A stretch of 57,493 nt of DNA from contig JAIPHA010000006.1 in assembly GCA_021735445.1 (NCBI GenBank), positions 1 to 57,493 on the forward strand, given 5' to 3'. Position 1 is the stretch's first letter. Every line of letters starts with the position of its first letter. Made by a program: the position numbers and the translations under genes. This stretch comes from Candidatus Omnitrophota bacterium (lineage in GTDB: Bacteria > Omnitrophota > Gorgyraeia > Duberdicusellales > 4484-171). Below, piece by piece: positions 45,605 to 53,979 of this stretch. The notes beneath the pieces were generated by a model. It saw only the letters and a program-made list of their open reading frames with translations. It was not told where the DNA came from and did not search any database.

Positions 45605-45904
45605 TCAGGATTTTTGAACCGGTTTACTTTTTTTATATTTTATCACATCTTTTATCTCTTTCTCAAATTTTATTAATTTTTTCTTTACAGTTTGTCCCTT
45701 AAAATACCCTCCGCTATTGGCCGAAGATTTTACAACACGATGGCAGGGAATAAAAATGGGGTAAGGGTTTTTGCCTAAAGCATTGGCAACCGCGCGATAA
45801 GCTCTCGGCCTTCCCGCTTTTTCTGCAATCCATTTGCAACTACGCACTTCTCCGGGAGGGATTTCAAAAACTATTTTTAAAACTTTTTTCTCAAAATCAG
45901 TCAT
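45605..45904 (-). CDS. Methylated-DNA-protein-cysteine methyltransferase (MGMT/Ogt, single domain)
   Basis: IP.GEV, RAVANAL.KNP, IPCHRVV active-site motif. Confidence 0.9.
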   Translation of the reverse strand: MTDFEKKVLKIVFEIPPGEVRSCKWIAEKAGRPRAYRAVANALGKNPYPIFIPCHRVVKSSANSGGYFKGQTVKKKLIKFEKEIKDVIKYKKSKPVQKS

Positions 45905-45916
45905 TTAAAATTACTT

Positions 45917-47155
45917 TTATTTAAGCTTTTTTTTAAAATTAATTCTCTTTTTGCGCCGGATAAGATGATAAGCATGCGCGAACCGATGCGCTTCGTCCCT
46001 AATTCTTTGGAGAAGATGCAAGGCAGGGTTGTTTTTGCTGATGATTTTAGGCTTATCTTTATTCGGCAGCCACACCTCTTCGTTTTTTTTAGCTAAACCA
46101 ATTAGAGTTATATTTTTACCTAATTTTTTTAGGATACGTTCTGCGCTAGTTACATGGCCCTTGCCGCCGTCGATTAAAATCAAATCCGGTAACTCTTTTT
46201 TTTCCCTGATAAGCCGAAAATACCGCCGCAACACTACTTCCTCAATCCTTTTGTAATCATCGGCTCCTTTTACATTTTTTATCAAAAACCGGCGGTAATT
46301 GCTTTTATCCGCCAAGGCATCTTTAAACCTCACCACCGAACCGGTAGCATCATTTTTTCCCAAAGCCGAAATATCGATGGCCTCAATCAATAAAGGCAAT
46401 TTAGACAACCCCAGTTTCTTTTTTAAAGCAACTAACTCATGCAAACGGGGCCGGCCTTTGTAAATATTTTCAATCGCGTAAATCTTATCGCGCATTTTAG
46501 CGGCTTTTTCGAATTTCTTTAAACTAGATAACTTTGCCATCTTATTCTTATACAAAGATATCAATTCCATTCTCTTGCCTTTAAGTATTTTCTTGATAGC
46601 TTTAATATTTTCGTTATATTCTAATTGAGTAATTTTTCCGGCACAGGGCCCGGGGCACAATCCCAGGTGATAATATAAACAAAGTTGGCTGCGCCTGCCC
46701 CGGCAGGAACAAAAGGGAAAAATTTTCCGGATTAACTTTAAAGCCTCCCTGAGCGAACTAACATCTGCATAGGGCCCGAAAAAAAGGCTCTTTTTTTTAT
46801 CTTTTACCCGCGAAATAAAAACGCGCGGATATTTTTCTTTGCTAATTTCTAGATATGGATAACTTTTGCTGTCTTTTAGAGAAATATTATATTTTGGTTT
46901 TTTTTCCTTAATCAAAGCTGCTTCCAGAATTAATGCCTGCTGAGGGCTCTCGCATTCTATATAATCGACCTCTTCTACGCGTTCAATGAGCATTTTAGTT
47001 TTCCCTAAAAGCTTTGAGGTAAAATAAGTTGCTACTCTTTTTTTCAAAGAAGTTGCTTTGCCGACATATAGGATTTGCCCCTTGCTTGTTTTCATCATAT
47101 ATACACCGGGGCTGTCGGGGAACTGTTTTATCTTTTTTTTAATATCCATTGCCAA
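45917..47155 (-). CDS. uvrC: Excinuclease ABC subunit C (compact form)
   Basis: GIY-YIG (PGVYMM..ILYVGKA), Cys cluster (CL.YHLGLC..PC), UVR motif (FEKAAKMRD), RNase H-like DIS...PDLILIDGGKG, RDEAHRFA. Confidence 0.92.
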   Translation of the reverse strand: MAMDIKKKIKQFPDSPGVYMMKTSKGQILYVGKATSLKKRVATYFTSKLLGKTKMLIERVEEVDYIECESPQQALILEAALIKEKKPKYNISLKDSKSYPYLEISKEKYPRVFISRVKDKKKSLFFGPYADVSSLREALKLIRKIFPFCSCRGRRSQLCLYYHLGLCPGPCAGKITQLEYNENIKAIKKILKGKRMELISLYKNKMAKLSSLKKFEKAAKMRDKIYAIENIYKGRPRLHELVALKKKLGLSKLPLLIEAIDISALGKNDATGSVVRFKDALADKSNYRRFLIKNVKGADDYKRIEEVVLRRYFRLIREKKELPDLILIDGGKGHVTSAERILKKLGKNITLIGLAKKNEEVWLPNKDKPKIISKNNPALHLLQRIRDEAHRFAHAYHLIRRKKRINFKKKLK

Positions 47156-48663
47156 AATAACTTAATTTGTTTTATTTTCAAAAAATAACCGATTAAAAGA
47201 AAAATTGCTAAACTGGCAACTCCTACAATGGCTATTTTTATATATTTATTATATGGAAAATAATCCCAAACCTTTTGAGACAATAAACCACAACTTATGC
47301 TTAAAGCTAAAACCTTAAAAAAATATTTCTTGATGCTTTTTAGAGAAATAGCCCCGATTTTTTTCTGAAGTAAAAAATATAGCAAGAAAAAATTAAATAT
47401 TGCTGCCAGGCTGCTGCCTAAAGCTATTCCGCCGGCCCCCAGAGGAAATATTAGTATTCCGCTTAAAACTATATTTACCAAAAGCGCCATGCCCGCGCTC
47501 TTTGCCGGCGTTTTTGTATCAGCTAAAGCATAAAAAGAATTAACCATCAATCTTATCCCGCAAAAAAATAACAACCCGAAAGAATAGAAAAAAAGCACCG
47601 CAGAAGTAATACCTAAAGAATACAAATCAAATTCGCCCCGGCCAAAAACAGCATCAACGATTCCCCGCGGTATAAAAAGGAAAATGACTGTAACCGGCAA
47701 AACAAAAAAAATAACATTTTCAAAAGAAAATATCAATAATTCTTTAAATTTTTCTAAATCTTTGCTTTTATGATAAAAAGATAAATCTACTATAACTACC
47801 CGTGACAACGATAAAATAACAATAGCAAAGGGGAGCTGAATCAGGCGATTAGCGTAATAGATAGAAGCCAAAGCGCCTTGGCCTGCAATAAAAGTAAGCG
47901 ATGCGAATATCGTATCGACCAGGACGCTGACGTGATAGATAATGCTTGAAAGCAGCCGGCCGGCAAAAAGTTTAAACATTTTAATAACTTCACTATTGTT
48001 TAATGCTTTTTTAATGTTAAATTTTATTTTCAAGCCTATCCGATAGAGAGCAAAAAACGAAAAAAGCATTTGGCAGGCCCCTCCTAACAATACAGAAAAG
48101 ACCAAAACTTTGACCCCGGCTATCCTGCCAAATATTAAAATTCCTCCGATAAAGCAAATATTTAAAAAAATCGGAGATATAGCCGGGACAAAAAACCTTT
48201 TGGAAGCATAAAGCAGAGAGGTAAAATTTGCGGATAATCCGATTAAAAAAAGATAAAAAAAGGTAATTTGAGTAAAAGAAACCGCTAAGTTAAACTTATA
48301 GCTTTGGCTAATAAATCCGGGAGCTGCCAATATTACAAAATATTTGGCAAAAATAATCCCGATTATAGTAAAAATTAACAGCGCGAAGCTTAATACGCAA
48401 ATTAAATCTTGTCCGATTTCAAACATCTTCTTCTTATCTTTACGATAGGTAGAAAGAACCGGAGTTGCTACCGAATCAGAAAATCCTTCGGCAAATATAG
48501 ACCTAAATAGGTTAGGAATGCGGAAAGAAACCAAGAATGCTTCTAAACCTGCAGAGGTACCAAAAAAATTCGCAATTAGAATATCCCGGATAAAACCAAA
48601 TACCCGGGAAGCCAGAGTGCCGGCTCCCATTAACGTTGTATTCCTTGCTATCTGTTTAAACAT
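47128..48663 (-). CDS. murJ: Lipid II flippase MurJ
   Basis: SRVFGFIRD, FRIPNLFR..FAEG, YYANRL.QLP, FYA..DTKTP. Confidence 0.95.
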   Translation of the reverse strand: MFKQIARNTTLMGAGTLASRVFGFIRDILIANFFGTSAGLEAFLVSFRIPNLFRSIFAEGFSDSVATPVLSTYRKDKKKMFEIGQDLICVLSFALLIFTIIGIIFAKYFVILAAPGFISQSYKFNLAVSFTQITFFYLFLIGLSANFTSLLYASKRFFVPAISPIFLNICFIGGILIFGRIAGVKVLVFSVLLGGACQMLFSFFALYRIGLKIKFNIKKALNNSEVIKMFKLFAGRLLSSIIYHVSVLVDTIFASLTFIAGQGALASIYYANRLIQLPFAIVILSLSRVVIVDLSFYHKSKDLEKFKELLIFSFENVIFFVLPVTVIFLFIPRGIVDAVFGRGEFDLYSLGITSAVLFFYSFGLLFFCGIRLMVNSFYALADTKTPAKSAGMALLVNIVLSGILIFPLGAGGIALGSSLAAIFNFFLLYFLLQKKIGAISLKSIKKYFFKVLALSISCGLLSQKVWDYFPYNKYIKIAIVGVASLAIFLLIGYFLKIKQIKLFWQWILKKR

Positions 48664-48682
48664 CTGTTACCTTAAAAAACAC

Positions 48683-48711
48683 TTGACATTTGGCTTTAGT
48701 TTCTATACAAT
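48683..48711 (+). promoter_or_regulatory. sigma70 promoter of rpsT
   Basis: TTGACA (48683-48688), 17 nt, TACAAT (48706-48711). Confidence 0.75.
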
Positions 48712-48736
48712 CTTTTCACTTAATAAAGGGGGTCTT

Positions 48737-48994
48737 ATGCCACAAAGAAAAGCAGCAGAAAAAGCACTCAGGCAAAACGAACGAAAACAAAAAAGAAACC
48801 GTAAAATTAAACGGGAAATTAAATCCGTTTTAAAAGAGTTTAGAAAATCTTTAGAAGAAAAGGATTCAGCTTCTAGCAAACAAATCCTCGAAAAGGCTTA
48901 TAAAGTATTAGATAGAGCCGCTTCTAAAAAAGTAATCCATCCTAACAAAGCAGCCCAAAAGAAAAGTAAACTGGCTCACTCTTTAAGCAAATAA
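48737..48994 (+). CDS. rpsT: 30S ribosomal protein S20
   Basis: MPQRKAAEKALRQ...LDRAASKKVIHPNKAA.KKSKL; start trimmed to ATG 48737 after SD GGGGG; divergent from murJ. Confidence 0.95.
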   Translation: MPQRKAAEKALRQNERKQKRNRKIKREIKSVLKEFRKSLEEKDSASSKQILEKAYKVLDRAASKKVIHPNKAAQKKSKLAHSLSK

Positions 48995-49669
48995 TTTAAC
49001 CAAAAGCCTTTCCATTAAAAGACGTATATCAAGATTGCTTTGTTTTAAAGCACGGTCTGTCTGCCAAAGTTGGTTAAACAACTCTTCTTTTTTGTTTGAT
49101 TCTCTAAGGTATGAAAATTTAGCGATAATTAATCCTAAAATTTGAGCAGCAGCAGCTTTTCCCCTGCCTTTTGAACCAAGCAGCTCTTCGAGAATAAATA
49201 AGCAAGAAGTTAAGTTATTTCTATACAACTCTTTTCGAAAATCATCTACGCTAAGCTCAGTTGAATAAGTTTTGCTTTGATATTTAATGCTCTGTTTTAA
49301 AATAAAATTAAAAAGACCGTCTGCGATGATTTTTTTGTTCTTCTCCAGCGCAGAATACGGCAATTCTGAATCAAAAATTAAATAATTATAGCTTAGCGCC
49401 TTGTTGAGGCTGCTAAAAAGAAACTTTCTCACGTTTTTAGGCAAACTGGTAAAATCCTTAATTAAAATGATCTTTTTCTTTTGAAAAGACAAAGTAAAAA
49501 CTAAATCCTGAAAAGAATCAAGGCCTACCTCCGCCCCATACAAAGTGACAGCTCTTAAGGCGGAACCTTCGTCTTCGAATATTTTCCTTTTTATATTATT
49601 TATTGTCCGCCGGCGCCAGAAAGGCTTGCCGCCGCTTACAAGATATGTCTTACTGCTTTTTTCTACCAT
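48983..49669 (-). CDS. holA: DNA polymerase III delta subunit-like (divergent HolA)
   Basis: YLVSG...F N-terminus and L.QTD..LK C-terminus; position between lptE and convergent rpsT matches the usual holA locus. Confidence 0.6.
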   Translation of the reverse strand: MVEKSSKTYLVSGGKPFWRRRTINNIKRKIFEDEGSALRAVTLYGAEVGLDSFQDLVFTLSFQKKKIILIKDFTSLPKNVRKFLFSSLNKALSYNYLIFDSELPYSALEKNKKIIADGLFNFILKQSIKYQSKTYSTELSVDDFRKELYRNNLTSCLFILEELLGSKGRGKAAAAQILGLIIAKFSYLRESNKKEELFNQLWQTDRALKQSNLDIRLLMERLLVKLFA

Positions 49670-50217
49670 GCTTCAACGACTGCTTCGGTTATCCGGCGGG
49701 CTGTATCTTCAATCAAATCGTTTTGGGCAGCCACTTCACTTTTCCTATTGGGCCCCGTTAAGAAAAAAGTTGCCTGGCCAACGATATTATCTTTTTGAAG
49801 CACTTCTCCTGCTGAATTAACTAATTTCATTTTTACCTTTAAGCGCAACCTTTGCTCTTCCGGGTCGTCGCTATCTGTATACCTTAAAGTCTGTCGCCTA
49901 TATTCGGTCAGTTGGCATTCTAGCTCCAGGGCATTTCTGGATTCGCTTACAACATCTAAATTGCTTTGAATATTAAACTCAGAAACCAACCGGTTAGTTA
50001 ACCTATCTTCTATCAGCCGGGGATAAGCGGTATATCCGGAATATTTTCTATCTTCGGATGTTATGTTTATTTTATTAACAACTGGTTTAATCCGGATGCT
50101 GTCTTCTTTATATTTAAAGCCTCTGGTCGAATAACCACAACCTCCCACCATTAATAAAAGAACTAATAGTATTCTCCAATTTTTAGTTGTAGTTGTAAAA
50201 GTAATTAGATTAAGCAT
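49663..50217 (-). CDS. lptE: LptE-family LPS assembly lipoprotein
   Basis: Lipobox VGGC followed by GYS; C-terminal A.RI..AVVEAW; leuS...lptE-holA synteny. Confidence 0.75.
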   Translation of the reverse strand: MLNLITFTTTTKNWRILLVLLLMVGGCGYSTRGFKYKEDSIRIKPVVNKINITSEDRKYSGYTAYPRLIEDRLTNRLVSEFNIQSNLDVVSESRNALELECQLTEYRRQTLRYTDSDDPEEQRLRLKVKMKLVNSAGEVLQKDNIVGQATFFLTGPNRKSEVAAQNDLIEDTARRITEAVVEAW

Positions 50218-50221
50218 AAGA

Positions 50222-51172
50222 TTATTCTGATTCTGACAAACCTTCTAACTGATCGGCCATCTTTTTTGCTTTTTGGTAGTAGCTGGTATCTGAATAATTA
50301 TTAATTATCTTTTCCAGATAAATTTTTGCGCTTTGATAATGTTTTTGTTTTTTATAAAATAGAGCGGTTTCGAATATCTTTTCGGCCTCTCTGGTGCGCA
50401 ACTGAGCCAACTGCTCTTTTGCTTTTTCGGATATTTCAGCCTCCGGATGTTCTTGAATGAATTCATCCAGCCTTTGAGTCGCCCGTTTAAGGTCAGAAGA
50501 ATCATAGTCAGCTCCGGGAAAAGCTTGGGCGGTAGCCAAAGCTAATTGGTATTTTGCCGGAGTTGCCCAGCGGCTATCCGAATAATCTTCGATAACTTTC
50601 TGGAAAGCTTTTCGCGCTTCTTTGAAACGGCTTAATTGAAGAAACATTACCCCCAACTTATACTGCGCCCTGGCTGCATATTTCGAATACGGGGTTTCTT
50701 CGACAATACTTTGAAAAATTTGGACTGAAGGATGGTCCACAAAATCATACAATGAAATCCCTAATATTTTTTTGTTCTCTTTGTTTAGAAAATATTCCCC
50801 AATATTATATTCCCTTTCTATGGCCTCGTTAATTCTTTTACTATTGGGATAACTTTGAACTACTTTTTGAAAAGCTAAAAAAGCCTCAAAAGGTTTATCG
50901 AGTGATTCTAAGGTTCTGCCAAGATAGTATTGCGCTTCAGCTGCTTCTTTAGAATCAGGGTAATTTGCAAGAAGCTTCTTGAATTCTTTATATGCTCTTT
51001 TGAAATCCCCCTCTTTAAAAAATTTGATAGCTTCCTTGTATTGAAGAGTCGGAGTTGCCAAAGCTGAATATTCGGGATTTTTCCATTTTTGAGTCTTAGG
51101 AGACCAAATCCAAAACGGGTAAGCCTCTAGGCAAACAAAAGTAAATATTGCTAAAAGGATAAATTTAATCAT
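50222..51172 (-). CDS. bamD: BamD/ComL-like TPR outer-membrane assembly protein
   Basis: Repeated TPR YP.S..A.EAQY, C-terminal AEK.F.TA.FY.K...Y.SA..Y...I...Y.DT; no clear lipobox. Confidence 0.7.
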   Translation of the reverse strand: MIKFILLAIFTFVCLEAYPFWIWSPKTQKWKNPEYSALATPTLQYKEAIKFFKEGDFKRAYKEFKKLLANYPDSKEAAEAQYYLGRTLESLDKPFEAFLAFQKVVQSYPNSKRINEAIEREYNIGEYFLNKENKKILGISLYDFVDHPSVQIFQSIVEETPYSKYAARAQYKLGVMFLQLSRFKEARKAFQKVIEDYSDSRWATPAKYQLALATAQAFPGADYDSSDLKRATQRLDEFIQEHPEAEISEKAKEQLAQLRTREAEKIFETALFYKKQKHYQSAKIYLEKIINNYSDTSYYQKAKKMADQLEGLSESE

Positions 51173-51178
51173 AAGAAA

Positions 51179-51207
51179 AATATATCAGAACCATTTCTCT
51201 TTGTCAA
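51179..51207 (-). promoter_or_regulatory. sigma70 promoter, probably giving a leaderless bamD mRNA
   Basis: TTGACA-17-TATATT with extended TG, ending 6 nt before ATG 51172; no SD. Confidence 0.6.
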
Positions 51208-51255
51208 TCTGTACAGAAAGCTTATTTTTTGGTGGGTGAAAGCGCCTGTCTATTT

Positions 51256-51957
51256 TTAGTTTAATGATTCTTTCAAAATTGAAATATTTTTATCTAAAGG
51301 CTCTATATATTCCCGGGGCGCGCCATGTTTTTTATAAACACGCCTCTGTTGTTTTACCGCCTCCAGGCCCGATTTAATAGTTTTTACCCCATAACTGCTA
51401 GCTGAGCTTATATCTCCGGCCAAGATAGCGTCAATTCCCCGCCTGGAGTACTCGGCGCTCTCTATATTTTTTTCATGAAATAAGCGTAGTTCCGCAGGAG
51501 GCTGCAGTTGCTTTAGCTGGTCAACAATCCCGGAAAGTACCTCCTGAGATTCCCGCATGAGAGCCTGAAAGTTTTCTATATTATTACCTTGTACCATTTC
51601 TGCGCTTTTCTGGTTTAATTCATCCATATACTTTTTATTTTTCTGATTAATGGACTTCATCTTTTTTATATAAGGAAAAATTTGGTTATACCATCGACTC
51701 CATGACTGGCTTGATTGCTGGCTGCCCGAAGAATAATCATTCCGGGATTGAGTTGGTTCTGCCGGCTCGGCTTTAATACCGGCTATCTCATCACGGTAAT
51801 AAGTCAGCGGTACTCCGGAAAAATCAACCTTGATGTACTCAGCGGTCTCTTCAATAATATTGCCTTCTATTTTTTTACCTGACTTCAGCGTAATAATTTC
51901 GGCTGGTAGAGAGGGTAAAAAACAAAGCAAAACAAAAACTATAAATATTTTTTTCAT
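51256..51957 (-). CDS. Hypothetical secreted protein
   Basis: Signal peptide; small N-terminal beta domain (ITLKSGKKIEGNIIEE...YYRDEI), S/Q linker, helical C-terminal region; SD AGAGGA. Confidence 0.75.
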   Translation of the reverse strand: MKKIFIVFVLLCFLPSLPAEIITLKSGKKIEGNIIEETAEYIKVDFSGVPLTYYRDEIAGIKAEPAEPTQSRNDYSSGSQQSSQSWSRWYNQIFPYIKKMKSINQKNKKYMDELNQKSAEMVQGNNIENFQALMRESQEVLSGIVDQLKQLQPPAELRLFHEKNIESAEYSRRGIDAILAGDISSASSYGVKTIKSGLEAVKQQRRVYKKHGAPREYIEPLDKNISILKESLN

Positions 51958-52070
51958 CTATCCTCTATTTTAAACGATAATTAATATTTATCCACTAAAT
52001 TATAGCATATAAATTATTCCTTATCCAACCAGCTAACCAATAACAGCGTCAAGAATTAAACCCCTATAAA

Positions 52071-52213
52071 GGGGACGTTCCCCTAGTTTACAACTAATTG
52101 TTCCGCAATGGTTTATAAAAGCGTATTTTCTAAACAAAAGAATTATTATAGCGGAAAATATCGTTTCATAACCTATTGAGCATCAAAGTCTTATAAACGA
52201 GGGAAACGTCCCC
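52071..52213. repeat. 143-bp REPIN/MITE-like inverted doublet of the ~60-bp composite repeat
   Basis: Left arm 52071-52130 vs reverse complement of right arm 52154-52213: 44/60 ungapped, 20/23 at the termini (GGGGACGTTCCCCTAGTTTACAA / GGGGACGTTTCCCTCGTTTATAA). Confidence 0.85.
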
Positions 52214-53643
52214 TAAATTCTTAAACAAGAGGATTTTCGCTTTAGGAATAAGATTATTGCGCTAGATAAAAGAAAATAATAGACAAAAATGCCTTGGGGA
52301 GAAAAGGAATAGGAAAAATAAGAATAAGAAAAAGAGCCAAAAATTTTTGCTAAACCTTGAAAGATATAAACTAACCAGGATAAAACTGCTCCCAGGCTTT
52401 TAGCAAAAAAAGCTAAAGGAGATATTATTAAAAGCAATAAGTTCAAAAGAAGAATAAAAGTAAATATGGGAATTAAAATAATATTATACAAGATGCTCAG
52501 CAAATAAATTTTTCCGAAATAAAATGATACAACCGGTAAAGTAAATACAGTCACAAAAAAAGAACAAAGAAAAATTTGTTTTAAGTAATTAATCAAAAGG
52601 TTGCTTTGCTGCTTATAGGGGAAAATTTTAAACCCAATGATAATTCCAAAAACGGCTAAAAAGGAAAGCTGAAACCCAATATCATAGATAATAGTTGGTG
52701 AAAACAATAAGAGAATCATGCCAGCCATGCCCAATGAATTTAAAACATCAGTTCTTCTTTTGATAAAAAAACTAAAAGCAAAAACAAGGTACATGATAAC
52801 CGCTCTCTGAGTTGAAGGCCTAAAACCGGTAGCAGCAACATAAAAAACAAGAAAAAACGATAGAATAAAAAGTATCGTCCTAAAGTTTACATTAAAAAAT
52901 CTTAAAAAATAAAACAAAATCAAAGAAATTAAACCAACATGCAAGCCGCTGATTGCTAAAAGATGAGAAAGGCCGGCATTTTGTATAAAACGCTTCTCCT
53001 GCCCTACCAATTCTTTTCTTCCCAAAAATATTGCCGCAAGAAAATTCCTTGCCTTAAAACTGCAATTTTGCTTAAAAACACCGAGACAATAGTTGTTAGC
53101 CCGCTTGACTGCTTTCTCCCAAAAAGACAAAGGCATTTTTTTTAACAAAGCCTTTCTTTTAACCCAAATATAATAAAATTCTTTACCGTAATAGTTGCGT
53201 TTAGCTAACTTTGCCCTGAATTGATATTTATTCAGGTACTCCATTTTTTTAGAGTAATCGATAACTTTTGCCTGAAAATCTTGCCGGTGACCCCCGGCCC
53301 TTATAACCTTTGCTAAAAAAGTATTTTTATTATCTTTTTTCTCAGGTAAGGAAATAACCTTTATTATAATATTTTGCCTTTTGCCAAAAAATATATCTTT
53401 TTGGTTAAAACCAGAAGCAATAAATAATAACGCGCCCAAACAAATAATCAAAAAAGAAATAGCTAGCTCTGAGAATAAAACTTTATTTTTTTTAGATAAA
53501 AAATAGGCCAGGAAACCAGATAAAACAAAAAGAAGGCTAAATAAAAAATATGAGGAAAACAAACTGCCTAAAACAATACCGATTAAAAGAAATACAAAAA
53601 TAAAAAAGTTAAATATATTAGCCAATTGTTTATGTTGGTTCAT
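52213..53643 (-). CDS. comEC: ComEC/Rec2 competence channel (no C-terminal metallo-beta-lactamase domain)
   Basis: AGLSHLLAISGLHVG, PS..RA.IM, DIGFQLSFLAV, multi-TM. Confidence 0.92.
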   Translation of the reverse strand: MNQHKQLANIFNFFIFVFLLIGIVLGSLFSSYFLFSLLFVLSGFLAYFLSKKNKVLFSELAISFLIICLGALLFIASGFNQKDIFFGKRQNIIIKVISLPEKKDNKNTFLAKVIRAGGHRQDFQAKVIDYSKKMEYLNKYQFRAKLAKRNYYGKEFYYIWVKRKALLKKMPLSFWEKAVKRANNYCLGVFKQNCSFKARNFLAAIFLGRKELVGQEKRFIQNAGLSHLLAISGLHVGLISLILFYFLRFFNVNFRTILFILSFFLVFYVAATGFRPSTQRAVIMYLVFAFSFFIKRRTDVLNSLGMAGMILLLFSPTIIYDIGFQLSFLAVFGIIIGFKIFPYKQQSNLLINYLKQIFLCSFFVTVFTLPVVSFYFGKIYLLSILYNIILIPIFTFILLLNLLLLIISPLAFFAKSLGAVLSWLVYIFQGLAKIFGSFSYSYFSYSFSPQGIFVYYFLLSSAIILFLKRKSSCLRI

Positions 53644-53646
53644 AAA

Positions 53647-53973
53647 CTAAAATTCTATATACTCTGCAATTATTTTTGCTTTCTTTTTCCCGATTCCTTT
53701 TACCTTTTCTAAATCGCTGATAGTTTTAAAAAAAGGGTGGGCCTTCCTGTATTCTATGACCCGCCGAGACAATACCGGGCCTAAACCGGGAATTTTTTGG
53801 AGTTCTAAAGCAGTGGCTTGATTAATATTTATAACTTTAACCCGCTTGCTGCCAGGTTGAGAAATGCTTTCATCTTTTACTTCTAAATTAAAATAACGGA
53901 TTGTGGTGCCTAAGAAAATAATAAAAGCTATGGCAATAAGAACTTTTTTTTCTGGCGGGCTTAAGGAAAACAT
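53647..53973 (-). CDS. comEA: ComEA-like helix-hairpin-helix DNA-binding protein
   Basis: N-terminal TM; ININQAT..EL..IPGLGP...R.I.YR...F....DL..VKGIG. Confidence 0.9.
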   Translation of the reverse strand: MFSLSPPEKKVLIAIAFIIFLGTTIRYFNLEVKDESISQPGSKRVKVININQATALELQKIPGLGPVLSRRVIEYRKAHPFFKTISDLEKVKGIGKKKAKIIAEYIEF

Positions 53974-53979
53974 TAATTT

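Noticed and set aside
48518-48736. N-terminal extension of the rpsT ORF (158-aa call)
   Set aside because: Overlaps murJ antisense and the rpsT promoter; the real start is ATG 48737 with an SD
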